DNA from: Planctomycetota bacterium
Lineage (GTDB): Bacteria; Planctomycetota; UBA1135; UBA2386
DNA: 64,000 bases
Assembly (NCBI GenBank): GCA_965223545.1
Contig: OZ245006.1
Coordinates: 704,001-768,000, forward strand
Reading direction: 5' to 3'
The notes under the pieces are model-generated. The model was given only the letters and a program-made list of their open reading frames with translations, ran no database searches and was not told the origin of the DNA. Of this stretch, positions 41,013 through 51,343 are shown in pieces. The first letter of the stretch is position 1, and every line of letters begins with the position of its first letter. The position numbers were made by a program, and so were the translations under genes.

Positions 41013-42166
41013 CCGACCCGGGCGGCATCGACCGGCTGGCGCACGCCAAAGACCCGACCATGGTCGACGCCGGCGGCGCGCCGCTGGTGGCGGCGCGCGC
41101 CGAGGGCGCGTGGCTGTGGACCACGAACGGCGACCGCTACGTCGACTGGGTCATGGGCCACGGCGCCGTGCTGCTCGGCCACGGCCACCCGGCGGTGTGC
41201 GCCGCGGTGGCTGCACAGCTCGCCGACGGGACCATCTTTCCCACCCACCACGCACTCGAGCTGGAGGCTGCCGCCGCGATCCACGCCGCGGTGCCGGGCG
41301 CCGAGCGCGTGCTGTTCGGCAAGAACGGCTCGGACGCCTGCACCGCCGCGGTGCGCATCGCGCGCGCGGCGACCGGCCGGCTCGGTGTACTGCACAGCGG
41401 CTACCACGGCTTCCACGACTGGTGCGCGGTGCTCGACCCGCGCGCGCGCGGGCTGCCGCCGGCGTTGGCCGCGCTGATCCACACCCTGCCGTTCGGCGAC
41501 AGCGACGCGCTCGCCGCGGTCCTCGCCAGCGACGCACACCGCATCGCCGCGCTGATCCTGGAGCCGACGCGGACCGAGACGCCGCCGGCGGGCTACCTGC
41601 AGACCGCGGCGGCGCTGTGCCGGCAGCACGGGGTGGTGCTGATCTTCGACGAGATGGTGACCGGCTTTCGGCTGGCGCGCGGTGGGGCGCAAGAACACTA
41701 CGGCGTGCGCGCCGACCTGGTCTGCATCGGCAAGGCGCTCACCAACGGTATGCCGCTGGCGGCGGTCTGCGGCGCGCCTGCGCTGCTGGAGCACGCCACC
41801 GAGATCGGCTACGGCATGACGATGCGCGGCGAAGCGCTGGCGCTGGCGGCGGCGGCCGCGAGCTTGCGCTGCTACGAGCGCGAACCGGTCGCCGCGCACG
41901 TCGCCGCCGTGGGTGCGCGAATGCGCGACGGCTTCGCCTCGCTGTGCGCGGCGCGCGGCGTCGACGGCCAGCTGGCCGGCGAGCCGTCGATGCTGACCCT
42001 GGCGCTGCCGCAGGGCTGGTCGGACCGGTTCCTCGCCGTGTGCCGCGCGCGCGGTGTGCTCAGCCGGGGACACTTGCTGCCGAGTCTGGCGCACGGCGAC
42101 GAGGCGATCGAGCGCACGCTCGCCGCCTTCGCCGCCGCTCTCGACGCCTGCTGCCGGGCGGGCTGA
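41009..42166 (+). CDS. Class III PLP aminotransferase (GSA-aminomutase-like)
   Basis: LGHGHP, KNGSDA, GYHG, FDEMVTGFR, GKAL.NG; GTGA overlap with the upstream stop. Confidence 0.88.
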   Translation: MTDPGGIDRLAHAKDPTMVDAGGAPLVAARAEGAWLWTTNGDRYVDWVMGHGAVLLGHGHPAVCAAVAAQLADGTIFPTHHALELEAAAAIHAAVPGAERVLFGKNGSDACTAAVRIARAATGRLGVLHSGYHGFHDWCAVLDPRARGLPPALAALIHTLPFGDSDALAAVLASDAHRIAALILEPTRTETPPAGYLQTAAALCRQHGVVLIFDEMVTGFRLARGGAQEHYGVRADLVCIGKALTNGMPLAAVCGAPALLEHATEIGYGMTMRGEALALAAAAASLRCYEREPVAAHVAAVGARMRDGFASLCAARGVDGQLAGEPSMLTLALPQGWSDRFLAVCRARGVLSRGHLLPSLAHGDEAIERTLAAFAAALDACCRAG

Positions 42167-42236
42167 AACCGCAGTTGGACGAAGTCTTTCCGCTTTTCCT
42201 GCAACCCGACCGCGGCCTCCGCCGGTAGAGAGCAGC

Positions 42237-42782
42237 ATGCCCTCTCGGTCGACCACCGACGCCTCCGACGCCGGCTGGGCCGACGGCGAGTGGCCGGCTT
42301 GGCTCGGCCGCCTGCGCCGCTACTTCGGACACCGCGCCCCGGCCGCGGCGGTCGACGACCTCGTGCAGGAGGCTGCCGCGCGGGCGGTGCGCTACCGCGC
42401 AAGCCACGACCGCGAACGGCCACTGTGGCCGTGGCTGCGGCGGGTGGCGGACCGCGTGCTGCTCGATCACCACGCCAAGAGCACACAACGGCCAAAGCCC
42501 CTCGGTCCCGACGAGCCCGCCGCCGCGCCCGGAGCCGACCGCGTCGCGCTCGACGACGACGTCGGCCGCCTGCTCGCGCGGCTGTCGCCGCGCGAGCGCC
42601 AGGCGCTGGTGCGCTTTCACCTGCACGGCGAGACCGTCCACGAGATCGCCGTCGCGTTTCAGACCACGCCCGGCACCGTCAAGTCGCTGCTGTCGCGCGC
42701 GCGGCACCGGCTGGCGGAGTGGCCGGCAATCGAGGGCACGCCGAGACCGCCGCAACGACCTTCGCGAGACCGAGGACCATGA
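42237..42782 (+). CDS. ECF sigma factor
   Basis: DDLVQE, WL, region-4 L...ER......G....EIA......GTVKS..SRAR. Confidence 0.85.
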   Translation: MPSRSTTDASDAGWADGEWPAWLGRLRRYFGHRAPAAAVDDLVQEAAARAVRYRASHDRERPLWPWLRRVADRVLLDHHAKSTQRPKPLGPDEPAAAPGADRVALDDDVGRLLARLSPRERQALVRFHLHGETVHEIAVAFQTTPGTVKSLLSRARHRLAEWPAIEGTPRPPQRPSRDRGP

Positions 42783-43201
42783 CCCGCCCACGCCGTCCGA
42801 CGCCGACCGCCGACCCGCTCTGGGATGCCGTATCCGCCGCTCTCGACGCGCGCCGCGACCCGTTGGCCGATGCGGATCTCCGCGCCCGCTTGGCGGCGCA
42901 ACCGGCCACCATGGCGGCGGTGCACCGGCTGCAGCGACGACTCGCCGCGCTGCCCGACGGACGCGCCGGCACGCGCTGGCGCAGCCGCGTCGTGGCCGCA
43001 GCGGTGCTCGCCGTTCTACTCGGCGGGTGGTTGCTGGTGGACACCGCACCGCGCCGGCCCGACGCCGACGCGGGTACGGGCACCATCCACCGCGCCCGCC
43101 TCGTCGCCCGCCAACTCACGCCGCCACCCCCAAGCCTTCACCGCCGCGTTCTCCAGCCTTCCGCCTCCGTCCATTGGACCGTGCACAGCTCCGTACGATG
43201 A
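42779..43201 (+). CDS. Putative single-TM anti-sigma factor
   Basis: ATGA-coupled to the sigma gene; N-terminal helical part, TM (VVAAAVLAVLLGGWLLV), short C-terminal part. Confidence 0.6.
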   Translation: MTRPRRPTPTADPLWDAVSAALDARRDPLADADLRARLAAQPATMAAVHRLQRRLAALPDGRAGTRWRSRVVAAAVLAVLLGGWLLVDTAPRRPDADAGTGTIHRARLVARQLTPPPPSLHRRVLQPSASVHWTVHSSVR

Positions 43202-44241
43202 CCCGATTCCAACCCATCGCCAGCGCTCTTCTGCTCGCCGGGCTCGCGCCCGCACAGGATCCGGCGCTGCGTTCGTCACCCACGTCGATCGACGTGACCG
43301 CGCCACCGATCGCCCCCACCACCGTCGCACCGGACCAGCGGGTGTTCGAGTGGGACGTCGGCGATCTCACCGGCCACGCGGCGCGCGAACAGCACCGACA
43401 AAGCCGCACCGACGCGGTCGGCGATGGCCCGCGCATGGCCGCCTGGCTCGAGCGCCACACCGCGCTCGAGCAGGACGCCACCGCGCGCGCGGCTGACTTG
43501 ACCACCGCGATCAAGACGCTGATCCAACCCGCGTTCGAGAAGAGTCGGCAGCGGCTCGCCGTGGTCGACGAGGAACGCCTGGTACTGATCGGCGATCCCC
43601 GCCAGGCGGCGTGGATCGAGGGATTCGTCGGCGCCGTGCGCGCGTTTCGCGGCGAGCTCCGCCTCGACGCCACGATGTTCATACTGCGCCCGGGCCAACT
43701 CGACCACCTGCTACAGAGCTCCGGGGTCGTCGTCGACGGCGAGCAGTGCCGCCGCATCGAAGCTGCAGTCGTCGAAGTCGCCGACGAGCGCGTCGACACA
43801 CCGCCGCTGACGGTGGCGCCCCTGCAGCGCGCCCACCTCGCGGTCATCAAGCAGGTCGCGTACGTGCGGGACTACTCGGTGGTCATCACCGGCGATGCCG
43901 ACACGACGGTCGCGGATCCCGAGATCGACACGCTGCAGACCGGCGTGACGCTCGACGTAGTCGCCGCACCACTGGACAGCCAGCAGGTCGCTCTACAGTG
44001 CGACCTCGTCCTGCGCGCCGCCGATCGCCCGTTCCCGACGCGCACCTACGACGTCGCGCACGGCCTGGGGCCGGTGACGATCCAGGTGCCCGAAGTGCGC
44101 GAGATCGAGGCCTCGGCGCGCTTCGACTTGAGGCCCGACCAGGCGCTGGTGCTGCGCTCGGTCGAACCAGGCGACGCCGACTCCGAGCAGCGCGAGGTCG
44201 TACTCGTGCTGCGCCTCACGCGCGACGGCGCGCCGCGGTGA
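43198..44241 (+). CDS. Secreted protein with secretin-like C-terminal region
   Basis: Signal peptide; P.LTV...QRA......Q.AYV.DY...ADP.I..L..G..LDV...IQ.PE pattern. Confidence 0.55.
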   Translation: MTRFQPIASALLLAGLAPAQDPALRSSPTSIDVTAPPIAPTTVAPDQRVFEWDVGDLTGHAAREQHRQSRTDAVGDGPRMAAWLERHTALEQDATARAADLTTAIKTLIQPAFEKSRQRLAVVDEERLVLIGDPRQAAWIEGFVGAVRAFRGELRLDATMFILRPGQLDHLLQSSGVVVDGEQCRRIEAAVVEVADERVDTPPLTVAPLQRAHLAVIKQVAYVRDYSVVITGDADTTVADPEIDTLQTGVTLDVVAAPLDSQQVALQCDLVLRAADRPFPTRTYDVAHGLGPVTIQVPEVREIEASARFDLRPDQALVLRSVEPGDADSEQREVVLVLRLTRDGAPR

Positions 44242-44257
44242 TTCGGCCGCGCCTCGT

Positions 44258-46180
44258 TCAGCGCTTCACCAGCCGCAGCGTGTCGTAGAGCCGGTTCTCG
44301 ACGTCGAACGCCTTGAGCTCGAGCTCGTCGCCGCGGATCGCCACGGTGCAGTAGTGGTGCCCGCGGCGCACGGTGTTCTGAAACCACGGCCGGATCGGCC
44401 CCGGCGTCTCCAGCGATCCACCACCGCCGCCGGTGATCATGAAGATCGTGCCGTCCTCGGCCACCTCGCCGCCACGCAGTGGCCACGTCCGCTCGTAGCT
44501 GTGGATGTGACCGTTCCAGACGACGTCGACGCCGTAGCGGTCATAGAGCGGCACCAGGGCGCGCATCCGCGTGTCCCCGTGCGTCGACTTGCCAATCCAC
44601 ATGTCGCCGTAGTCGTTCTCGTCGGACGAGTACGCGGGGTGGTGGTAGCAGACGAAGACCCAGGCGCGGTCCGCGGCGCGCGCCGCGCGCAGCCCCGCCT
44701 CCAGCCATGCGTACTGCTCCGAGCCCGGACCGACGTTGACGTTGGAGTCCAGCATGAAGAACTCCGCGTTGCCGTAGCGAAAGCTGTAGTAGAACTCGGG
44801 GTCCGGCACCGCGATGTAGTCGAAGTAGTGCCGCGCGTTCTGCTCGTGGTTGCCCAGCACGGGGAAGAACGCGACGCGGGAGACCAGCGCCTGCATGCTC
44901 GGAAAGAACGTGCGCGTCCAATGGGACTTGTCGGTGCCGGTGTCGACCAGATCGCCGGCGTGCAGCACGAAGTTGGGTCGCTGGTCGAACGCGTGGCCGG
45001 CGATCTTGCGCGCGACCTCGAGGTTGCCCTGGGTGTCGCTGATCACGGCGAACGCGAACGGCGTCTCTTCGTGCACTGCGGTCTGGAACGTCGAGACCTC
45101 GGTCTCGATCACGCGCTCCTCCGAATCGACGCATTCGATGCGGTAGAAGTAGCCGGTCTGCGGCTCCAGTCCCTCGAGCCGCACCTCGTGCAGATTGCCG
45201 TTCGCCGCCGACGCCGCGCGCCGTTCGCACGCCGCGGTCGTGCCGTAGTGCACGGCGCCCGTGGCGGGCCGGGTCGTCTCCCACAGCACCGTGATGCCGG
45301 TCTGCGTGACATACTGCAGATACGGCGCGACCACGAGCTCGAAGTCGGGGTCGACCCACACGTACGGCGGCGCCGCCGACAGCGCGGCGTGGCTCTCGAA
45401 CTCGTGCGTCACCCACTCGGGTTTGGCGGCGACGTCGTACACCGCGACTTCCCGCAGCCGGCCGTGGTGGCGGTGGTCCTCGTTGTCGTCGCGATAGCTG
45501 GCCAAGCTGAGCACCCCGTCCGCCGGATACAGTATGTCGCCGGACTGCTCGCGGCTCTCGCCCTGCAGAACGCCGTTGACGTACAGCCGCATCACCGCGC
45601 CGTCGTAGGTGGCGACCACGTGGTAGAGCTTGCCGAGCTCGTAGCGCGACCGTGCCGCGAGGTAGGTCAGCGCACCGTCGCCGTCGTCGGCCCCGGTGGT
45701 CGCCAAGCCGAAGGTGAACGATTGCTCGTCGTAGCCCAGCACCCAACCGCGCTCGGCGTCGCCGTTGTCCTGCACCGCCGAGACGATGCCACCCCAGCGC
45801 TGGCGGGTCTGCACGTCCACCCACGCCGACACCGTCAGCAGCTTGTCGGGCAGATGACGGCGCACGTCGCGCAACCCCTCGCCGACCACCGCGCAATCGA
45901 CGCCGCGGAACAGCAGGCTCTCGCCGTGCTCGTCCGCCACCACCGACGGACGCCCCTGCAACACGGCATCCGGCCCGAGACGCGCCTTGAGAACACCACC
46001 GGCGAGCCGCCGGCTGTGGAAGATCCAATGGCACTTCGGATCCGGACCGTCGTGCAGCGAGGGGCTGCGCCCATGTCCTTCGCCCCAATCGCGACCGCTG
46101 CCAGCACAGAGACCGAGCAACAGGACACAACCACTCAACCGCCGCATTCTGCGCAGCCGCCGGACGAGGGGGCACACCAT
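44258..46180 (-). CDS. LamG domain + FN3/purple acid phosphatase-type metallophosphoesterase
   Basis: YHVVATYDG..MRLYVNG (LamG); PYLQ, SDTQ, GDLV, GNHE, HHP, GHIH. Start at 46180 or 46147. Confidence 0.88.
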   Translation of the reverse strand: MVCPLVRRLRRMRRLSGCVLLLGLCAGSGRDWGEGHGRSPSLHDGPDPKCHWIFHSRRLAGGVLKARLGPDAVLQGRPSVVADEHGESLLFRGVDCAVVGEGLRDVRRHLPDKLLTVSAWVDVQTRQRWGGIVSAVQDNGDAERGWVLGYDEQSFTFGLATTGADDGDGALTYLAARSRYELGKLYHVVATYDGAVMRLYVNGVLQGESREQSGDILYPADGVLSLASYRDDNEDHRHHGRLREVAVYDVAAKPEWVTHEFESHAALSAAPPYVWVDPDFELVVAPYLQYVTQTGITVLWETTRPATGAVHYGTTAACERRAASAANGNLHEVRLEGLEPQTGYFYRIECVDSEERVIETEVSTFQTAVHEETPFAFAVISDTQGNLEVARKIAGHAFDQRPNFVLHAGDLVDTGTDKSHWTRTFFPSMQALVSRVAFFPVLGNHEQNARHYFDYIAVPDPEFYYSFRYGNAEFFMLDSNVNVGPGSEQYAWLEAGLRAARAADRAWVFVCYHHPAYSSDENDYGDMWIGKSTHGDTRMRALVPLYDRYGVDVVWNGHIHSYERTWPLRGGEVAEDGTIFMITGGGGGSLETPGPIRPWFQNTVRRGHHYCTVAIRGDELELKAFDVENRLYDTLRLVKR

Positions 46181-46242
46181 GCCGCAGAGCATAGCCGGCC
46201 GGGGGGCGGACGCGCGGACGCGCAACGCCCTCGGGTTGCGCA

Positions 46243-47784
46243 TCAAGCCACGTAGGTCTGGTCCAGCGTGCGTGCCAAACAACTCTGCCACAGCCACCGG
46301 TCGAGCCGCGACCCGCCGCGACCCTCTCGGACGCCGCGCCGCGCGCGGCCGCGCAACCGCTCGTACAGCCATCGCTGCCAGCGGCCGTCGAACACCTGGT
46401 CGGACGTCGCCAGCGGCAGGTCGTGGTTGATGAGCTGCTTGATCTCGCGCTCGTCGCGCGGCGCCAACCAGTGCATGGTCCGGCAGCCGTCGGCGTGAAA
46501 CCGCGGACGCTCCCGGAGGTAGCCGTCGAGCCGGCGCGGACGCGCCGGTATCGCGGCGTGGGCCCGATCGCCGAGCGGCGTTCCCCAGACCGGTTGGTAG
46601 TAGCGGTAGGTGAAATGGTTGTGCCGGTACGGCAAGCGCGCCAACCGGTCGATCACCCGGAGAGTCTGCTGTCGGTCCTCGCGCGTCTCGCCTGGAAAGC
46701 CGAACAGGAAGTTGTTCATCGGCACGATGCCGCGGGTGAGCATCCGCTCGGTGACGGCGACGATGTCCTCCGGCGTGTGGCGCTTGCCGATCGCGCGCAG
46801 GGTCCGCGCCGATCCCGACTCGCTGCCGAGCTCGACCTTGAGCAGCCCCCCAGCGCGCAGCACGTCCCAGTCCTCTTCGCTGTAGCGGATCAAGTCGATC
46901 GGCGAGCCCAGCGCGAACCAGCCGATGCCGCCACCGTGCGCCGCGATTCGCTGCGCCAGCCCCAGCGCGCGCTGCCGACTCATGAAGAAGTCCAGCTCGC
47001 CGATGTGGAACTGGCGCACGCCATAGCGCGCGGCCAGGTCTCGCATCAGCGCGAACGTCGGCTCGGCGCCGAGGATCTTCGCCGGGTGTTTGCTCCAGGC
47101 GCAGAACCCGCACCCCTTGGTGCACCCGCGCCCGGTGGCGATGGTCAAGGTCGGCTGGTCATTGCCCAAGACGCCGCCGATCTGGATGTAGGGGGCCAGG
47201 TCGATCTGCCGGAAGAAGTCGAGCAACCCCGGGTGGAACCGCTGGCGGCGTTCGACCGGCTGGTGGCGCAACCGACCGCCCTGCTCGCGCCAGATCAGCC
47301 CGGCGACGTCGTCGGGCTCGGTGCCGGCGGCGAGGTGGGCGAGCAAACGCGGCGCCGACTCCTCGCCGTAGCCCTGTAGGAAGAAGTCGGCGGCGGTCTC
47401 GATGTCGAAGAACTCGGGCGGGCAGATGGAGATGAACTCGCCCCCCACGACCACCGGCAGATCCGGGCGCGACCGCTTGAGCCGAGCCGCGATCGCCTCG
47501 GCGTTGTGGCACTGGTTGCTCGGGTAGAGCTCGTTCATCCACACGAACACCGCGCGCGCGCCCTGCAGCTCGCCGAGCAGCTCATCGAAGCGGTCGTCGC
47601 GGTCGAGGTCGTGCTCGGCATCGAAGAACACGACATCGAAACCGGCATGGCACAGGCCGGCGCCAAGGGTGAAGCAGCGGAACGGCACGCCCTGCGGCCC
47701 GGGGTCGTCCTTGTCGGTCCACCGCGGCACCACCAAGGCGACGCGGCCCTGGGAGCGGGACAGGCGAGACGGGACGACTCTCAT
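46243..47784 (-). CDS. B12-binding radical SAM enzyme
   Basis: N-terminal cobalamin-binding-like domain (VVVGG), TGRGCTKGCGFC, G.ESGS, GFPGET. Confidence 0.87.
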   Translation of the reverse strand: MRVVPSRLSRSQGRVALVVPRWTDKDDPGPQGVPFRCFTLGAGLCHAGFDVVFFDAEHDLDRDDRFDELLGELQGARAVFVWMNELYPSNQCHNAEAIAARLKRSRPDLPVVVGGEFISICPPEFFDIETAADFFLQGYGEESAPRLLAHLAAGTEPDDVAGLIWREQGGRLRHQPVERRQRFHPGLLDFFRQIDLAPYIQIGGVLGNDQPTLTIATGRGCTKGCGFCAWSKHPAKILGAEPTFALMRDLAARYGVRQFHIGELDFFMSRQRALGLAQRIAAHGGGIGWFALGSPIDLIRYSEEDWDVLRAGGLLKVELGSESGSARTLRAIGKRHTPEDIVAVTERMLTRGIVPMNNFLFGFPGETREDRQQTLRVIDRLARLPYRHNHFTYRYYQPVWGTPLGDRAHAAIPARPRRLDGYLRERPRFHADGCRTMHWLAPRDEREIKQLINHDLPLATSDQVFDGRWQRWLYERLRGRARRGVREGRGGSRLDRWLWQSCLARTLDQTYVA

Positions 47785-47868
47785 GCGGGCCGGCGGCCAC
47801 GGTGGGCATCGCGACCCCACAATTGTCGTGCATCGCGCCGCGGACCGTCAACCCGGTGGGTATCGGGT

Positions 47869-48681
47869 TCACAAGTGCGCCGCCACGTCGGCCAACGCGC
47901 CCCGCCAGTGCTCGAAGTCGAGCACGCGCCGCCCGCCAATCCGCTCGAGCGCGTCGACCAGCGCGGGCGAGTCCTCCAGAACGAGCTGCAGCTCGGCATC
48001 GCCGGGACGCGCGGCGGGACGCAGCGCCAACAGCAGCGCGAACATGTCCTCCGCCGAGACGGCGCGAAACACCGCGCAGCCCGGGAACGCGGGATCGAAG
48101 CTCGCGGCACCCCGGTAATCGCCGCCGTCGTCGAGGGCCACGATCACCACGCGCCCCTCCAACTCGCACTGACGCTCGAGCAAGCCCGCCGGCAAGGACA
48201 ACGCCGCCTCCGCCGGCCGCACGTCCATGGGACGCGCCGCGCGCACGGCGACGCCGCCCACCGGCAGGGCTTCGGTGCTGCTCCACTCGACCCGGACGGC
48301 CGCGCTGTCGTGAACCCGGTTCAAGCCCAGCGAGGTGTACAACGCCCGCGCCGACGAGTTGTCCGGCGCGACGTTGAGGCACCACTTGCCGCACCCGGCC
48401 ACCACGAAGCGGCGCGCCGCCTCCAACAACAGCGCCCGGCCCACTCCCTGCCGGCGCCGCTCGCGCACCACCAGCAACTGGCGGACGTAGCCGACGGCGT
48501 CCAAAGGCTGCACGAGGGCGAGCCCCACCGGCTGCCCGTCGCGCTCGCAAACGAACGCAAACGGCACAACATCTCGCTCGTAACGATCGCGACTCGGCAC
48601 CGGGTCGGGAACGTGCAGATCGGGAAACAGCCGGGCGTACAGCGCGTAATCGGCAGCGGTCGCCGGCCGCATGACCTGCAT
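47869..48681 (-). CDS. GNAT acetyltransferase
   Basis: V...RRRQGVG..LL, LNV...N..A..LY..LG. Confidence 0.85.
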   Translation of the reverse strand: MQVMRPATAADYALYARLFPDLHVPDPVPSRDRYERDVVPFAFVCERDGQPVGLALVQPLDAVGYVRQLLVVRERRRQGVGRALLLEAARRFVVAGCGKWCLNVAPDNSSARALYTSLGLNRVHDSAAVRVEWSSTEALPVGGVAVRAARPMDVRPAEAALSLPAGLLERQCELEGRVVIVALDDGGDYRGAASFDPAFPGCAVFRAVSAEDMFALLLALRPAARPGDAELQLVLEDSPALVDALERIGGRRVLDFEHWRGALADVAAHL

Positions 48682-48683
48682 GC

Positions 48684-49967
48684 CTACTCCGCGTCGGGCT
48701 GCGCGATGGCCACCGCCATCGCGTCGGCGCGGAAGTGCTCCGCCGCGCGCTCGGCGACTTCCTCGGGCGTCACGCTGGCCAGCCGCTGCAGCGCCGAGAA
48801 CGGCGGCAGCGCGTCGAGCGCCTCGCCGGCCTGCGAGAACGCCAAGTTGCGCACCGAGCCGAACGAGCGCACGTAGCGGCCCAGCGTTTTTCGACGCACG
48901 CGGTCGAGGTCTTCCTCGTCGATGCGCAGCGGCTCGAGCACCACGCCACACAGCGCATCGACCACCGCCTCGGGCGCATCGCTCTCGGCGGTCAACGTGC
49001 TGAAGCCAAAGCTCTCGGCGTTCATGTAGCCGACCGCCAGCGAGTCGTCCACCGCGCCCGAGACACGCAGCCCTTCACGCACGTCACTGGCCGCCGAGAA
49101 CCAGCGGTCGAGCGCCAGGTCGGTGAGCAGCTCGCGCCGCAGTCGCTGCTCGATGTCGCCGCCGGGTGTGGTGTCCTTGAAGCCGAGCATCACCTTGGCG
49201 CGGGGCACCTGCAGGGCGCGCACGCGGCGGCAGTCGTCCGGGTCGACCGCATCGAGCTCCTCGCGCCGAATGCCGACCGGTGCGGCGCCCTCTCTCAGGG
49301 CACAGTCGTCGGCGAGCGCGAGGATCGCCTCGGGATCGACCGGGCCGGCCACCGCCAGCGCGGCGTTGCCGGTGCAGTAGAACGCCTCGTAGCAAGCGCG
49401 CAGCTCGGCGACGTCGATCCGTCCGATCGACGCCACGGTGCCGCCGACGGGGTGGCGCACCGGGTGCCGCCGATAGAGCGCGCCGATGCAGTCGAAGAAC
49501 AGCCGGTAGTCCGGCGAATCCTCGTACATGCGCAGCTCTTGCGCGATGATGCCGCGCTCCTTCTCGACGTTCTCCTCGGTCAGATGCGCCCGCGACACGA
49601 GGTGCAGCAGGTCTTGGAGGTTGGCTGCGACCTCGCTCGTCGCGGTGAAGTGGTAGCTGGTGCGAGTGAACCCCGTCATCGCGTTGACCCGCGCGCCCCG
49701 TCGCGAGAAGCGGTCGAACGCCTTGATCTCCTCGTCCTCGAACAGCTTGTGCTCGAGGTAGTGGGCCACTCCCTCGGGGCTCTCGTGGCGGCGGCCACCG
49801 ACGTCGAAGCCGAGATCGGTGCTGCCGTAGCGAAACGTCACCATGGCGGCCGCCTCCGAGAAGCGTTTCGTCGGCACCACGCGCACGGCCAAGCCGCGCC
49901 GCGAGGTCGCGATCCACACTTCTTCGTCGAGCAGCGGCTCGCGCTGCACTTCGAATCGATCGCTCAC
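48684..49967 (-). CDS. M16 zinc peptidase, active subunit (YmfH-like)
   Basis: G.AHYLEHKLFE, NA.T, EKE.GII.QE, HP....GG. Confidence 0.9.
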   Translation of the reverse strand: MSDRFEVQREPLLDEEVWIATSRRGLAVRVVPTKRFSEAAAMVTFRYGSTDLGFDVGGRRHESPEGVAHYLEHKLFEDEEIKAFDRFSRRGARVNAMTGFTRTSYHFTATSEVAANLQDLLHLVSRAHLTEENVEKERGIIAQELRMYEDSPDYRLFFDCIGALYRRHPVRHPVGGTVASIGRIDVAELRACYEAFYCTGNAALAVAGPVDPEAILALADDCALREGAAPVGIRREELDAVDPDDCRRVRALQVPRAKVMLGFKDTTPGGDIEQRLRRELLTDLALDRWFSAASDVREGLRVSGAVDDSLAVGYMNAESFGFSTLTAESDAPEAVVDALCGVVLEPLRIDEEDLDRVRRKTLGRYVRSFGSVRNLAFSQAGEALDALPPFSALQRLASVTPEEVAERAAEHFRADAMAVAIAQPDAE

Positions 49968-51253
49968 GACGCGCCTCCCGCGGTCCCTGCCGCCAACAAG
50001 TAGCTGTAGTCGAGCCAGACGCCCTGCATCGACGCCGCCACCGCCTCGCGGTCGAGGCCGAGGTACAGCTCGGCCTGCTGCTGCGGCGTGCGATCATGCC
50101 CCAGCCGCCACTGCCGCGCGGTGAACTCGAGCCGCTCGCCGACGCTGTCCTCCAGCGCCTGCAGCGTCGACAGCACGCCCAAGCGCGCGGTGTGCAGCTC
50201 CTCATCGGTGAACTCGCCGCGGCTCAGCTGGTCGATCTGCCGCTGGACCTCGGCCTCGACGCGCTCGGCGGCGCTCTCGTCGAGCCCGGTGTGGACTTGC
50301 AGCAAGCCCTTGTGCCGTTCCAGCCCGGCCGATGCGTAGTAGGCCAGCGACTGTTTCTCGCGCACCTCGCGGAACAAGCGCGAGTGCGGCCCACCGCCGA
50401 GCATGCTGGTGAACAGGATCCGCGCCGCCCAGCGCTCGGCATCGTCGCTCGGCGGCAGCCGGTAGATCAGGACGAGCTTGCCCTGCTGCACGGCGGCGAC
50501 CTCGCGGTGCGCACGGCGCGGCCGCGGCGGCGGCTGCGCTGGGTCGGGAACCGGCTCGGCGGCACCGGCCGGCAGGCGGGAGAGAAACGGTTCGATCGAG
50601 CGGACCGGGTCGTCCGGCAGCGCACCGTAGGCCAGCGCACACATCACCCCGCGGCCGGTGAAATCGAGCCGCGCCGCGTCGACATCTGCCTGGCGCACGG
50701 CCTCGATCGAGGCCAGATCGCCGTGCTCGGGGATCGCCATCGGCTCACCCTCGCAGGCGAGCTGCAGCGCCCGCAGCGCCGCGTACTGCCCCTTGTCGTT
50801 GAAGATCGCCCGCACCGCGTGGATGGTCTGCACGCGTTCGCGCTCGAACACGGCTTCGGGCAGGTCGGCTCCAGCGAGCAGCGGCCGCTCGACGAAGTCG
50901 GCGAGAAACTCGAGCCCGGCGGCGAGCAGGTCCGGCTGCCCGGGCGCGTGCGCGCCGGCGATCGAGTCGAGCGAGTAGCGCAGGACGTGGGTCTCGCCGA
51001 TCTTGTGAGTGCCCGGCACCACCGCAGCACCGTAGAGCCCCTCCATCCGCCGCGCCAACGCCGGCCGGTCCCGGTCGCGCTGCGTGCCCTGCAGCAACAG
51101 CGACGGCAGCAGCGAGCGCGCCGCCGCCCTGTCATCCAGCGGTCGCGTCGCCTGCAGTAGGAAGCGAAAGGTCTTGTAGCGACGATCGCGCCGCCAGAGC
51201 ACCGGAACGCCACTCACCTCGGTCACCGCGAAACCGGCGAAGCCATCCTGCAT
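49964..51253 (-). CDS. M16 peptidase, inactive subunit (YmfF-like)
   Basis: YKT, LYGA, GG.PHSRLF..VREK.SLAYY; no HxxEH motif. Confidence 0.87.
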   Translation of the reverse strand: MQDGFAGFAVTEVSGVPVLWRRDRRYKTFRFLLQATRPLDDRAAARSLLPSLLLQGTQRDRDRPALARRMEGLYGAAVVPGTHKIGETHVLRYSLDSIAGAHAPGQPDLLAAGLEFLADFVERPLLAGADLPEAVFERERVQTIHAVRAIFNDKGQYAALRALQLACEGEPMAIPEHGDLASIEAVRQADVDAARLDFTGRGVMCALAYGALPDDPVRSIEPFLSRLPAGAAEPVPDPAQPPPRPRRAHREVAAVQQGKLVLIYRLPPSDDAERWAARILFTSMLGGGPHSRLFREVREKQSLAYYASAGLERHKGLLQVHTGLDESAAERVEAEVQRQIDQLSRGEFTDEELHTARLGVLSTLQALEDSVGERLEFTARQWRLGHDRTPQQQAELYLGLDREAVAASMQGVWLDYSYLLAAGTAGGAS

Positions 51254-51343
51254 GCAGCCCATCGTGCAGGGCCCGCCCGCCGTGGGCGAGGGAAAAGGCA
51301 TCGCGCGGCCGGCGTGGTCGCTCCGGCTGATAAGATGCCGCGC

